Of a stretch of 64,000 nucleotides of DNA, positions 37,089 through 47,382 are shown piece by piece. The DNA is taken from the NCBI GenBank assembly GCA_000146465.1, contig CP001952.1; one strand, written 5' to 3'. Position numbers and translations under genes: made by a program. The notes beneath the pieces were generated by a model, which saw only the letters and a program-made list of their open reading frames with translations, did no database searches and was not told the DNA's origin. The stretch's first letter is position 1, and every line of letters begins with the position of its first letter.

Positions 37089-37160
37089 GCATTGATAGTA
37101 TAGTGGTTATTATGTGAGCTTCCCAAGCTCATGGCCCGGGTTCGATTCCCGGTCAATGCA
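37089..37160 (+). tRNA. tRNA-Gly (anticodon CCC)
   Basis: GCATTGATAGTATAGTGGTTATTATGTGAGCTTCCCAAGCTCATGGCCCGGGTTCGATTCCCGGTCAATGCA. The 7-bp acceptor stem GCATTGA/TCAATGC pairs. The anticodon stem TGAGC/GCTCA closes loop TTCCCAA, giving anticodon CCC with U33 and A37. T-arm GGTTCGATTCC. 72 nt, no intron. Confidence 0.85.
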
Positions 37161-37234
37161 TTTTGTCGGTGTCATTGGCGGGAAGATTTCCCTCCATACC
37201 TGGAATATATGCCAAAGAAGACAGGGAGAGGCTG

Positions 37235-39142
37235 ATGATAAAGAGGCTCCCTGAGGATATAGGGAGAAGAATAAAAGCCCAGCGATCCATTCCAAACACT
37301 TACATTGTTGTGAAAGAACTGGTGGAAAACTCGATTGACTCTGAATGCACATGGATAAGGATACAAGTCGATGACTCTATAGTGGTTGAGGACAATGGAT
37401 GTGGAATAAGCGATCTGCGTGATGTTGGAGTTGAGGGAAGTACTTCGAAGGAGTCGATGGCATACTATGTGCTAGGATGTGTCGACAGAGTCGAGAAGCC
37501 TTCTTATGGGTTCCGGGGACAAGCCCTTAGTTCTCTTTCGGAGGTGTGTGATTTGGAAATTATTTCCCGATCAGAACATCCGTTTGGACTCAAAAAAGAC
37601 TTTTCAACAGGCATCGTTTCAAGATGTGCGAGGGAGAAAGGCACAACTGTCCGTGTTCGAAATCTATTCAAGAATTGCCCTTTAAGAAGGTCGGCAAGCG
37701 AAAGCAGGCTAAAGAAGGACCTGGGAAGGATCTGTGCTTTGATTGAATCATACCGCTGTACCAACAAGATAAATTTCACCCTGTTCCACAAGAGAAAGGT
37801 TCTTCTAAGTTGTGGAGGGTACGAGACGCCGAGAGAGTATTTCGAATCCAACTATCCTTCCTTTGTCGGGAAGTATATGGAGCTGTGCAATGGGCAGGTG
37901 GAATTCTTTATGCTTCCGGCATCTGTCCGAGAGCCCAAGCAGCTGATGTTTCTGGAAAGAAGGCCGATTTCGAACAAAAGGATATCGGCTGCAATAAAGA
38001 ATGAATTCAATCTGTATAGCGAAGGAATCCCGACGTTTGTCCTGGTGATCAAGGGGTATGGGGATGTAAATGTATCCACGGACAAGAGCGAGGTTATATT
38101 TTCTGACGAGGGTGGGATTCTGAGTCTTCTGAAGTCTGAGATTGGCAGGTTCTTCTCTTCCGAGGTGCATATGCATTCTCGGAGCATTCCCAAGACTCTG
38201 GGAAGTTATTCTCCAGCCCGAAACGAAACAGAAGACAATAGCGGAGAAGGATTTATGGGAAGTAACTTCTCTGGAACAGCTGTGCACCATCCGGCTGTGA
38301 GACTATCACGAGTAGCTCCCTCCCTGGGAAAGAGGGAGAGAAAGCAGAATGAAATGACAGAAGAAAATGAAGAAAGGAGCAAGGATTCATCGTCGGTGGA
38401 AGAACCCTCATCAGGAATTGGGTCGCTGGACAACACCGAAGTGAAGCCTTCTTCATCAAACCTCTCTGAAGAGTTGGAGCCACCTCTCGAGGAGAAACAA
38501 CAAGAAGAAATATACGAAAACGAAGGCCATCTGGCAACAGGAGCATATTCATTCTTCAAATACGACGAGCTTGTCCATCCGAAGATTTCGTTTTCAAAGA
38601 GCGACTTCAACAGACTTGAAATCATAGGCCAGTTTAACAACGGATTTATCATTGCAAAACTGGAGAAAAACGAAAAGACCTATCTTATAGCTGTAGACCA
38701 ACATGCAGCAGATGAAATCAGGAACTTTGAGAATATCAAGAAAACATTTTACCTAAAGAAACAGAGTGTGATAGTCCCTGTGAAATTGGACCTCACACCC
38801 ATTGAGGAGATGATTGTCAACGAGAATTCAGAGGTGTTTGAAAAAAATGGATTTGTTGTGAAGAATGGCATGCTGGAGACGATTCCTGTTTACAGAAACC
38901 AGGTGTTTGGAATCAAGGAGTTCAGGGAACTTCTCGAGGATGTGAAGAACGAAGAATATGAATTCAAGAAAATTCGGAGCATAATTGCTTCAAAGGCATG
39001 TAGAACAAGCGTAATGATAGGCGACGCTCTTTCTGCAGCGGACATGAAGAGGATAGTAAGGAGCTTGGGCGTCTTGGACAGGCCTTGGAAGTGTCCTCAC
39101 GGAAGGCCTACGTTCATGATATTGAATGAGGCAGAGATATAG
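37235..39142 (+). CDS. PMS1: DNA mismatch repair protein, MutL homolog PMS1/PMS2 type
   Basis: N-terminal GHKL ATPase: IKRLPEDIGRRIKAQRSIPNTYIVVKELVENSIDS...VEDNGCGI (MutL motifs I and II). C-terminal endonuclease motif DQHAADEIRNFE (DQHA(x)2E(x)4E), which is specific to the PMS2/Pms1 subfamily. The track start 37163 is a TTG 2 nt after the tRNA; the ATG at 37235 is used. Confidence 0.8.
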   Translation: MIKRLPEDIGRRIKAQRSIPNTYIVVKELVENSIDSECTWIRIQVDDSIVVEDNGCGISDLRDVGVEGSTSKESMAYYVLGCVDRVEKPSYGFRGQALSSLSEVCDLEIISRSEHPFGLKKDFSTGIVSRCAREKGTTVRVRNLFKNCPLRRSASESRLKKDLGRICALIESYRCTNKINFTLFHKRKVLLSCGGYETPREYFESNYPSFVGKYMELCNGQVEFFMLPASVREPKQLMFLERRPISNKRISAAIKNEFNLYSEGIPTFVLVIKGYGDVNVSTDKSEVIFSDEGGILSLLKSEIGRFFSSEVHMHSRSIPKTLGSYSPARNETEDNSGEGFMGSNFSGTAVHHPAVRLSRVAPSLGKRERKQNEMTEENEERSKDSSSVEEPSSGIGSLDNTEVKPSSSNLSEELEPPLEEKQQEEIYENEGHLATGAYSFFKYDELVHPKISFSKSDFNRLEIIGQFNNGFIIAKLEKNEKTYLIAVDQHAADEIRNFENIKKTFYLKKQSVIVPVKLDLTPIEEMIVNENSEVFEKNGFVVKNGMLETIPVYRNQVFGIKEFRELLEDVKNEEYEFKKIRSIIASKACRTSVMIGDALSAADMKRIVRSLGVLDRPWKCPHGRPTFMILNEAEI

Positions 39143-40420
39143 CCAATGGAGGACATAAGATTTATTTAACCATGAAGCCTTCGATCCCGCGGGCCTCATC
39201 AGGAATAACTCCGAAACTCTTTTGATGTCCTCAAGAACCACCTTTCCCCCCCTTTTGCTTGCCCTCAGGCTAGATATTGTCAGCAAGTTCATAGAGTATC
39301 TCAGCCCAGATTCCTCGGAGATCGAAACAAGGGCATCCACAGCACTGCCGTCGATGAGAACATCCTCCTCGAGTATTCTGTGTCTGATGATTGCTTCGAG
39401 ATCTTCTCGGTTGTATTTCTCCATAGAAATGATCAAGGCACGGTCAATAAAGTCTTTTGGCATTCCATAGGGACTTGTCTCGTCGGTTCCCTTTATCACA
39501 CACTCCTTCTTGTTGGTTGAAACGAGGATCACTGGGCAGAAGTCCTCCTCGATCGCCTTGTTTAGAAAGGCAAAGCTTTCGATGTCAAGCATGTGAACCT
39601 CGTCTATAAACAAAACTCCTCGGACCACCTCAGCCTTTCCCTCATTGATCCAGTTCCATACCTTCTTGTTCACTTCATCCCTTGTCTCTGTTCGAATTTC
39701 CCCCGTTTCTCCACTGAAAAGAGCAAGGTATCCTTCAGCCTTGTTGTTTATAACATCGATGTCATGAAGAGATATCTCTTGAATCTCCTCTCGGATCTTT
39801 ATCAATTCCCCCTCAGGACAAGGAACAAACCGTGCATCCATCCCTACCATCTCATTCTTCTTCACCATGCTCGTTCCAATCTTATACACTCTTCCTCTCT
39901 CCTTGATAATCCTTATAACATCCCCGGCGCTTACCTTCTCCTTATCAAGCTCATTCCTCATCTTTTCTCCTATGTCAAACGAAGACTCCATATCAACAGT
40001 CTTGAGAACAATTCTCCTTCCACTCAAGCTCACAACTTCTCCTTCAATCGTCCGCACAGACTCCTTAATCCTTAGCCCAACAGACTTCCGAAGAGCCTGG
40101 GTAATAGCCTCGGACTTACTCATCTCCAGACTATATATCTCTGTCCCGCTGATCGAGTTAAAATGCACTCCCCCTAGGCTTTTCGATAGTCCTATTGCCA
40201 ATGCGGTCTTTCCACTTCCTCGGTCTCCCTTAATCAGAACTATCTTTCCCCCTTTGTTGCTCTCCACCATCTTTCTTATAAGCACCATCGCCTTCCTAGC
40301 CTTAACCTGTCCAACCAGTCCATCCTTGTTGTACTCAACCTCATCCTCATTGCATCCAAGCCCCACAATGTGTGAGTGGAGACTGATTCTATTCACTGTC
40401 CCAACATCTCGGACCTCCAT
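38990..40420 (-). CDS. RVB2: RuvB-like helicase 2 (Rvb2/reptin)
   Basis: EVRDVGTVNRISLHSHIVGLG; Walker A GDRGSGKTALAIGLSKSLG; SGTEIYSLEMSKSEAITQALRKSVGLRIKE...IEGEVV matches Rvb2 ([39 protein letters not shown]). Walker B LFIDEVHMLD. The track GTG start at 40456 was replaced by the ATG at 40420. The C-terminal tail overlaps the PMS1 3' end. Confidence 0.85.
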   Translation of the reverse strand: MEVRDVGTVNRISLHSHIVGLGCNEDEVEYNKDGLVGQVKARKAMVLIRKMVESNKGGKIVLIKGDRGSGKTALAIGLSKSLGGVHFNSISGTEIYSLEMSKSEAITQALRKSVGLRIKESVRTIEGEVVSLSGRRIVLKTVDMESSFDIGEKMRNELDKEKVSAGDVIRIIKERGRVYKIGTSMVKKNEMVGMDARFVPCPEGELIKIREEIQEISLHDIDVINNKAEGYLALFSGETGEIRTETRDEVNKKVWNWINEGKAEVVRGVLFIDEVHMLDIESFAFLNKAIEEDFCPVILVSTNKKECVIKGTDETSPYGMPKDFIDRALIISMEKYNREDLEAIIRHRILEEDVLIDGSAVDALVSISEESGLRYSMNLLTISSLRASKRGGKVVLEDIKRVSELFLMRPAGSKASWLNKSYVLHWLYLCLIQYHERRPSVRTLPRPVQDAQAPYYPLHVRCRKSVAYHYACSTCL

Positions 40421-40482
40421 CAGGGCAAAGCCCTTAAGAAAAATTTCTTCAAGCACACAATCTTCTTGGGAAGTGATTTATT

Positions 40483-42309
40483 TCATCCTAACATCCTCTG
40501 GAACACCTCGTCTATCTCCCTCTTTAGCTTGTCCAGCTTAGACTCCATCTCTTTCCCCGGAATCACAAACTTCATCTTCATCAGGCCATAGAACACATCC
40601 TCGGTTTCCTTCCGGACAGTGGACCAGCTGAACCTATAGTTCATTATGGCATTCTTGCAGTTGTCAAAATACAGAATGATATTCCGAAGCATCATCCTTG
40701 TCTTTGTAAACGGGCAATAGTTGTCGTACTTCGAGTATCCGTTCTGCTGCAAAAAGTCCTCTTTTATCAGCTTGGATATGTCCAGAATAAGCTTCTCGGT
40801 CTCTGAAAGAGCGTTTTTCCCTACCAATTGGACAATCTCCGAAAGATCGTCATCCAGCTGTAGAATCTCCCTGCACTTTGTCCTGTTCACAATAAAGTCT
40901 GGATCTACTTTGTTGTAGTACGGCTCCAGGTTTGAGAAGTACTTCGAGTAGCTCAGGTTCCAGTTTATCGATGGAAAATGTTTTCTTTGTGCAAGTTTCT
41001 TGTCAAGCCCCCAAAACACCTGTACAATCCCAAGAGTTGCCGATGTCACCGGGTCCGAAAAGTCCCCTCCAGGAGGAGAGACTGCTCCAACTATTGTCAC
41101 CGATCCGGTTCTCTTGGGAGATCCAAGACATACAACAGATCCCCCTCTTTCGTAGAAAAATGCAAGCTTTGCTCCAAGGTACGCCGGATATCCACTGTCT
41201 GCAGGCATCTCTGCAAGCCTTCCGCTTATTTCCCTCAGTGCCTCTGCCCATCTTGATGTCGAATCTGCCATCATCGACACATTCATCCCCTGGTCCCGGA
41301 GGTACTCCGAAATTGTTATCCCCGTGTAGATCGACGCCTCTCTTGCTGCAACAGGCATATTAGATGTGTTTGCTACCAGCACAGTTCTCTTCATAATACT
41401 ATCCTCTTTTCCTCCTACTGTCAGCTTCGGAAACTCCATCAGAACCTCACTCATCTCGTTTCCTCGCTCTCCACACCCAACATATACAATTGCATCGGAG
41501 TTTGAGTATTTCGATAAAGATTGGGAAATCACCGTCTTCCCACATCCAAATGCACCTGGAATCGCCGTAGTCCCTCCTTGAACACAAGGAAACAAAGAGT
41601 CTAGAATCCTCTGCCCAGTAAACAATGGATGTGTGGCATTCCTTTTCTCTTCAATAGGCCGGGGAACCCGAACAGGCCATGTATGATACATAAACATCTC
41701 CACTCTTCCCTTGCTGGTCTCAAGCTCCATCACAACATCCTTCAAGGTATAGTTTCCACGGGCTGCTATGAAAACAACCTTTCCGCTCTCCTTTGGAGGA
41801 ACAAGAATCTTTGTTTCAATAAGACTGTTTTCGTAGACCTTCCCAAAAATGTCTCCCCCAACAACATAGTCTCCAACACTGACTTCGGGGACAAACTCGT
41901 ATTCTCGCTCTCTGTCCAATGAAGGAATGTTTACACCCTTGGGTATGAAGATCCCCTCAGACCTTTCTTGGATTTCTTTTAGAGGTCTCTGAATCCCATC
42001 GTAGATGCTTTCAAAGAGTCCTGGCCCCAGCTCTGCACACAACGGCCTTCCTGTCCGAACAATCACATCTCCAACACACAGCCCGCTGGTGTCTTCATAC
42101 ACCTGGATGGTAGCTCTGTCCTTGTCGATCTTGATGATCTCCCCTGCTAGTCCCTCATTTCCAACCTTCACAAGCTCGTACATTGCACATCCAACCATGT
42201 CACATCCGACAACAACAGGACCGCTGACAGAATAAACCTTTCCTTCCATCCCCTTTACTGGCTCTTCTATGCTTAGCTTTGCAAATGTTTGCTGTACAAC
42301 ATTCATCAT
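40483..42309 (-). CDS. VMA1: V-type proton ATPase catalytic subunit A
   Basis: Non-homologous region, then P-loop [36 protein letters not shown], then the C-terminal helical domain. 608 aa with no intein insertion. GGG lies immediately upstream of the ATG. Confidence 0.9.
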   Translation of the reverse strand: MMNVVQQTFAKLSIEEPVKGMEGKVYSVSGPVVVGCDMVGCAMYELVKVGNEGLAGEIIKIDKDRATIQVYEDTSGLCVGDVIVRTGRPLCAELGPGLFESIYDGIQRPLKEIQERSEGIFIPKGVNIPSLDREREYEFVPEVSVGDYVVGGDIFGKVYENSLIETKILVPPKESGKVVFIAARGNYTLKDVVMELETSKGRVEMFMYHTWPVRVPRPIEEKRNATHPLFTGQRILDSLFPCVQGGTTAIPGAFGCGKTVISQSLSKYSNSDAIVYVGCGERGNEMSEVLMEFPKLTVGGKEDSIMKRTVLVANTSNMPVAAREASIYTGITISEYLRDQGMNVSMMADSTSRWAEALREISGRLAEMPADSGYPAYLGAKLAFFYERGGSVVCLGSPKRTGSVTIVGAVSPPGGDFSDPVTSATLGIVQVFWGLDKKLAQRKHFPSINWNLSYSKYFSNLEPYYNKVDPDFIVNRTKCREILQLDDDLSEIVQLVGKNALSETEKLILDISKLIKEDFLQQNGYSKYDNYCPFTKTRMMLRNIILYFDNCKNAIMNYRFSWSTVRKETEDVFYGLMKMKFVIPGKEMESKLDKLKREIDEVFQRMLG

Positions 42310-42380
42310 CCCCCTTGCCCAACCTAACTTTTTATTTCTCTAATTGTTTCGATTTCTCTCGATCCTTGCAAGCAGGATGT

Positions 42381-43343
42381 TCAAGTATTAGGAGTTCTGA
42401 TGCACAAGTCCATCATGTCTTTGATGAGTTCTCTTGGGCAATCTCTTCCATTTGCTACGAACAAGCTACTGAGACTTTGAGAGGCCGAATGTCTCTTTCT
42501 AGGATCAAAAGACAAAAGATTTCCGACAAAGTCGACTACCTCCTGCCCATAACATCCAAAGTCTTGCCCAAAGCTTGCCTCAAAGCTACCAGGTCTTCTG
42601 ATGTTCTTGAGATGGGGAAGACATAGCCCTGCAAAGTCTTCGTCTGCAGGATATCCTAGAAGTTTGAATATCCTATCAAGCTGGTCTATCTCTCCTTCCC
42701 CAGGTAGAATTGGCCCTCCCTTCAGCATCTCTCCAACAATGCACCCGACAGACCACATGTCAATCGACTCGTTGTAGGTTTCTGACCCAAGTAATACTTC
42801 AATGGCTCTATACCACAGGGTAACAACAAGATTGGTCATTGTGCTTCCAACAGCCCTTGCAAGCCCGAAGTCTGCTATCTTCAGATCTCCGCTCCTCATA
42901 AGAAGAATATTCGACGGTTTCAGGTCTCTATGGACTACTCCGATTCCGTGCAGAAACTCAAGTCCTTGAAGAATCTGGTATGTAAAGAACTTGGCCACTT
43001 CCATACCAATCCCCCCTGTCTTCAGAACAATGGACTTCAGGTCTATGTCACAGCACTCCATCACGATGAAAAAATCATTGATCTCGCATCCTTCCACCAC
43101 CTCCTCGATCCCCATCACATTCTTGTTTCTTGCATGCTTTAGAATCATCACCTCTCTCATGTATAGGATCGAAAACCCGTTGGTGTCGTGACACATCGAC
43201 GGATTCATCCTCTTTAGAGCAAACTCCTTCTTGTCTGTCTTCCGCCTCACCCTGTACACATTTCCAAAGCTACCCGAGGATATTCTGCAAAGTTTCTCGT
43301 ATTTCTCTATACTGTCACATTTACGTCCCCCCTTGAGTAGCAT
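42381..43343 (-). CDS. Cyclin-dependent kinase (CDK10/CDK11-like)
   Basis: SGSFGNVYRV...ALKR; cyclin-binding-helix region ILYMREVMIL; HRDLKPSNILL; DFGLAR; VVTLWYRAIEVLLG; MWSVGCIVGEML; CMGC insert. Confidence 0.7.
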   Translation of the reverse strand: MLLKGGRKCDSIEKYEKLCRISSGSFGNVYRVRRKTDKKEFALKRMNPSMCHDTNGFSILYMREVMILKHARNKNVMGIEEVVEGCEINDFFIVMECCDIDLKSIVLKTGGIGMEVAKFFTYQILQGLEFLHGIGVVHRDLKPSNILLMRSGDLKIADFGLARAVGSTMTNLVVTLWYRAIEVLLGSETYNESIDMWSVGCIVGEMLKGGPILPGEGEIDQLDRIFKLLGYPADEDFAGLCLPHLKNIRRPGSFEASFGQDFGCYGQEVVDFVGNLLSFDPRKRHSASQSLSSLFVANGRDCPRELIKDMMDLCIRTPNT

Positions 43344-43426
43344 TCCTGGGATTGTCTCTCTCGTTTTATCATTATCAGAACAAAGAAAATAACCATGGCG
43401 ATTTAATACTTATTTTTAGACCATCT

Positions 43427-44530
43427 TCATAGTTTGATGACCGAGATTCGTGGCCTAGGCCCCCTATTTCTCAGGTCTGTGGCTCCTTCATCATCACCTC
43501 CACTACTCGAGACATCTTCATAGCTTGCTTCGCTCTCCGACGGATATACCAGAGTGGCTCTCTCCCTTGTGCTTCCATCTGAAAGATGAAGAGTGGTGGT
43601 ATGACTAAGCCCTTTTTCATTCCCTCCCTGAAGCCCACTGCTTAAGGCCTTTGCTTCTGGCTTGAGAGGTTTTGAAGTCCTCTCGGTTGATACGCTAGCT
43701 TCCCTACTGATGGGACCTTCCAGCTTTCTATCAACAATCGGACTTGATGATGTCTTGGTCTCCTCCCCATCTTTTTTTGCATATACTATGTCTTCTTTCT
43801 TCTCCTTACTGCTCAAAGGGGATCGAGACACGGAGCCTTGGCTGCTCCCAAGATCAAGCTGCCCATTGCCATTCTTCATCGAGTTACTCTCCTTCAAGGC
43901 TTTACTTTTGTCCTGTGCTTGCTTACCATCTTCAATCAGTACCTCTGAAGTCGATGGCTTGAGAACGGTGCTAAAGCTTTCGTTAAGGAATTCTCCAATG
44001 AGTTTCTCAAGGCTCTCTCCACTCGAAACAACATTTTCAACTGTATTGCTTGAGCTGCTACTTGCAGGAAGCCCAGATACTCCAAAGCCTCTAGAAGAGG
44101 GTGTGCTGGAAGATTCAGGCTTCCTTTCGATCTCAGCGGACGAGCTGGGTTTGCCGGAAATAGAAATCCCGTGAATCTCTACCCCAGTTGCCTTTCCATG
44201 AAGATCAAGATCCCCCGAATACTTTGAGCCCTGGGAATTTATGACGCTGCTTACTCCCAAGCTCTTTTCAGGCAATTCCACATCACTAATGTCCCCAATC
44301 TGGGTCTTTTCTCCAAGATAGTATGGCTTGTTAAATAGAGACTTGGAACTTAGTGGGGTCCTTTCGGAATAACGATATGAGTACTTGGGGACATGGTATG
44401 TGCTTTCGCTCTTATTAAACTCATCTTTTTCCAAGCTAGACCTGTTGGAGGACTTGAGCTCCCCAACAATCTCAATCACTCTGTCCAGCTTCTTGTTTAC
44501 CATATCTATCTTTTGTTTCAGGACATCCAT
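43427..44530 (-). CDS. Hypothetical Ser-rich low-complexity protein, 367 aa
   Basis: ATG at 44528-44530 (revcomp). N-terminal coiled segment MDVLKQKIDMVNKKLDRVIEIVGELK, then long Ser/Thr/Gly-rich low-complexity sequence. Confidence 0.4.
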   Translation of the reverse strand: MDVLKQKIDMVNKKLDRVIEIVGELKSSNRSSLEKDEFNKSESTYHVPKYSYRYSERTPLSSKSLFNKPYYLGEKTQIGDISDVELPEKSLGVSSVINSQGSKYSGDLDLHGKATGVEIHGISISGKPSSSAEIERKPESSSTPSSRGFGVSGLPASSSSSNTVENVVSSGESLEKLIGEFLNESFSTVLKPSTSEVLIEDGKQAQDKSKALKESNSMKNGNGQLDLGSSQGSVSRSPLSSKEKKEDIVYAKKDGEETKTSSSPIVDRKLEGPISREASVSTERTSKPLKPEAKALSSGLQGGNEKGLSHTTTLHLSDGSTRERATLVYPSESEASYEDVSSSGGDDEGATDLRNRGPRPRISVIKL

Positions 44531-44832
44531 CCTGTCGACGGTCTTCCTTTCGGCGAACTTCCCGCCGTTGTCTTCTTCCCAAACAGAGGCATTCTTCCCC
44601 TTTCGACAAGACCCATAGACTTAAGAGAGTTTCTCTTTGGTCCCATGAGATCTATCGCGAGTAGGACCATAACTATTCCGGTTGTGATGCATCCCATCAG
44701 AAAAACTGTTCTTTGGCCTTTCATCAGATGTTGTAAATAACTCAGCTCGTTTTATACCTGACTTCGAGACACTGTTTCATATCTCCCTTTCCCGCCATCC
44801 CAAGCTTGTTTCAGACTGGATCGAAAGAGTAG

Positions 44833-45876
44833 ATGAAAGCACTCCCCATGAAGGTATGTGTAATTGGTGGAGGACCTGCAGGACTGTACACTGCAGCTTC
44901 CTTACTATCGAGAGACGTCAATGTAACACTATACGAGAAGGAACCAGAGCTAGGGGGGCTGTACAGATACTCCTTGCTCCCTGAGTCGAGAATGTCTCCA
45001 TTTACGAAACTACTGGAGCACAAGAACTTTTCTTTGAAATTGAATTCCAAAATTGATCTTGAGAAGCTAAGTGGTATGGAAAAGGAATTTGATGCTTTCG
45101 TTATTGCTACAGGACCTGGAGGGCCAAGAAAGCTGGCAATTCCTGGAGCAGACCATTGCATCGGCAGTCTTGACATAGCAAAATCGTGGGCAGGAGAAGA
45201 GCCAAAATACACAGTAGGAAGCAAGGTTCTGATTGTTGGGATGGGAGACGTCTCTATGGACATTACAAAATATCTTTTTGGATGGGCCGGGCCTCAGTTC
45301 AAGTTTCCGAAAAATGCTCTTGAAAGAGTAAAAGAAGTTAGAGATGTAACCATCACATCTAGAAGAAATGTCTTGGAAAGTTCATTCTCCAACCATGGGC
45401 TGAGAAGCGTACTTGAAATTCCAAGGCTAGGATTCAGCTGGTCCTCGCCAAAAGACATATCTTGCCCGGACAAAGACAAGACCAAAGACCTTGAGCAGAA
45501 ATTCACTTATCTGCAGAAAGATGATGGGAAAAAAGACAATATTAATAAGTGGAAGGAGAGAAGACTAAGGCTGTTCCAAGGAGTCAGAGAGGGGGCCAAA
45601 AGACTCAGGCTGATGTTCAACACTAACATAAAGTCAATAGAAAGAGTTGGAAGGCAATACAAGGTGAAGATGGAGCAGGGTGGAATTCCCATCGAGGAAT
45701 ACTTCGACACAGTGATATCTAGTGTGGGCTTCAGCAGGGCAGATCCCAGAAGTTTAGGATTTACAAAGCCTGTGTATTATGTTGGATGGGCAAAGCATCC
45801 AAAGGGGAATGCCGAAAGAGCAAAAGAGGATGCCCAAGATGTTGTAAACAAAATAGTTGAAATGAAGAAAATGTAG
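44833..45876 (+). CDS. NADPH:adrenodoxin/ferredoxin oxidoreductase-like flavoprotein (Arh1/FDXR family), short
   Basis: FAD dinucleotide-binding motif VCVIGGGPAGLYTAASLL; second NAD(P) Rossmann KVLIVGMGDVSMD; the C-terminal TVISSVGF...VYYVGWAKHPKGNAERAKEDAQDVVNKI parallels FDXR (LVLSSIGY...[27 protein letters not shown]). Only 347 aa, against about 490 for FDXR. Confidence 0.5.
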   Translation: MKALPMKVCVIGGGPAGLYTAASLLSRDVNVTLYEKEPELGGLYRYSLLPESRMSPFTKLLEHKNFSLKLNSKIDLEKLSGMEKEFDAFVIATGPGGPRKLAIPGADHCIGSLDIAKSWAGEEPKYTVGSKVLIVGMGDVSMDITKYLFGWAGPQFKFPKNALERVKEVRDVTITSRRNVLESSFSNHGLRSVLEIPRLGFSWSSPKDISCPDKDKTKDLEQKFTYLQKDDGKKDNINKWKERRLRLFQGVREGAKRLRLMFNTNIKSIERVGRQYKVKMEQGGIPIEEYFDTVISSVGFSRADPRSLGFTKPVYYVGWAKHPKGNAERAKEDAQDVVNKIVEMKKM

Positions 45877-45894
45877 ATAGGCCTTCAAGGCATT

Positions 45895-46362
45895 ATGAAA
45901 AGAGAAGTTCCTGTGTCTACTATGTCATATCTGATCTGCGGCATTGTTGAATACCTACTGGAGCAAAAAAAAGATGTAGAAGCAAGTCTCAAGACCATAG
46001 GATACGAAATCGGCATAAAGCTTCTTGAGGTATGTAACTTTGAAAGAGAAGTACATATTCCAACACTTCTTTACAGAATTGCATTTGACTTTCTCTCCTT
46101 GGTTGGAGACAGTGACAAGAGGATTGACAAGTCTGAAGACTCCGACAAGACCTACTTCCTCACAGATGCCGATGGAGTCCTCTCAAGGTTCATGTCTGTG
46201 CCTACCGAATGGGATGGGTTTTCCGCAGATTCGGTTGTGTGTGGAATGATAGAGGCCGTTCTGATGGCATCTGGATACCGCTCCGAGGTCACGGCATTTC
46301 CAAAACCTTCGGAAAGTCTCTCCAACAGAGTTATCTTCCAGATCAACATTCTCGATCCATAG
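45895..46362 (+). CDS. TRAPP complex subunit, Bet3 family (Bet3/Trs31/Trs33-like)
   Basis: SYLICGIVEYLL...SLKTIGYEIGIKLLEVCNF...LLYRIAFDFLSL...VVCGMIEAVLMASGY follows the Bet3-fold pattern (LTYGALVTQL...LDRMGYNIGVRLIEDF...IAKVAFKMYLG...LLCGVLRGALEMV). Confidence 0.55.
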   Translation: MKREVPVSTMSYLICGIVEYLLEQKKDVEASLKTIGYEIGIKLLEVCNFEREVHIPTLLYRIAFDFLSLVGDSDKRIDKSEDSDKTYFLTDADGVLSRFMSVPTEWDGFSADSVVCGMIEAVLMASGYRSEVTAFPKPSESLSNRVIFQINILDP

Positions 46363-46411
46363 CATCCCCATGCTTCCTTCAACTAAATCTAGATTATATC
46401 TTATATTTTAT

Positions 46412-47176
46412 TTACATTTTACTTGGATTGACCTCGGAAACCACAAACCTTTTCATCTGACTCACCAAACTCGTAGATACATCAACATCACAAGATTCAA
46501 AGTCCCTTTCGTCGTTGGAGCAATCTCCAGACGACTCGGATCTGTCAAGAATCTTTGTGCTGTATTGCCTCACTCTCCTTCGTCTCTTAAACTCCTCTTT
46601 GGACAGGAATTCGTGGTCAAGCATCCATTTTCCTCCCTTTCCCCGTGTCCCTGGATCCCGAGGAACCTTCTTGAAACACTTGTTTAGAGACAGGTTGTGC
46701 CGTATGGAGTTCTTCCACACCGGATTTGCATATCGATAGTATTCAAACGAATCCTCAATCCACTTGTAAATCTCGCTAAGCGTGAGCTTTCCAGTCTTGC
46801 TCGTCCTTATGGCTCTCGTTATTATCTGTGCATACGAGAGAGAGGGCTTTGCTCTTAGGACATCGCAACCACCGAATTCTCTTGTCTTTTCTTCTTCCAC
46901 ATTCTCGTCCATCTCCTTCATTTCCAGGAAGTTACCGTAAAGACTTCGAGGATTTATCCTTGCATCGGGGCTTGAAGGCCTCATTCTATTCTCCATAAAT
47001 CTCATGTAGAACCTGTGGATAGCACTTTCTCCCTCAACCTCCTGTTCCAGGAACTCCCATAGAGAGGACTCTGCTTTTCCTCCTTCTTCCATACACAAGT
47101 CTTTTACATCCTGGTCCATATCCGACTCCAGAAGCTCTGTGTCCAAAAGATCCTGGAAGGTCGTGCTCCAGCTCAT
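46412..47176 (-). CDS. Forkhead-box (FOX) transcription factor
   Basis: [78 protein letters not shown] is a canonical winged-helix forkhead domain (KPPYSY..LI..AI......LTL..IY.FI...FPYYR.....[18 protein letters not shown]....PGKG.YW.LD). Confidence 0.8.
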   Translation of the reverse strand: MSWSTTFQDLLDTELLESDMDQDVKDLCMEEGGKAESSLWEFLEQEVEGESAIHRFYMRFMENRMRPSSPDARINPRSLYGNFLEMKEMDENVEEEKTREFGGCDVLRAKPSLSYAQIITRAIRTSKTGKLTLSEIYKWIEDSFEYYRYANPVWKNSIRHNLSLNKCFKKVPRDPGTRGKGGKWMLDHEFLSKEEFKRRRRVRQYSTKILDRSESSGDCSNDERDFESCDVDVSTSLVSQMKRFVVSEVNPSKM

Positions 47177-47382
47177 ATCTTAGGATCAACTAGCAAATAT
47201 ATAAGCCATTTTGTACTTATTAAAATTGGCATAATAGTCCATATTTGGTACAACATCTATCTTTTTGATAAATTTTTAAGGCTTTCATTAATATCAATTG
47301 TGTTGATTGGCCTGAGAAAAAGTTTAATGGTTATTAATAACTAATCGAGGCTATTTACCATTGAAGGCCATGATCTCGAAGA

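Noticed and set aside
40483-42309. Checked the V-ATPase A subunit for a VMA1-type intein (VDE) insertion
   Set aside because: The protein is 608 aa and colinear with intein-less A subunits. There is no Hint or LAGLIDADG insertion after the P-loop.
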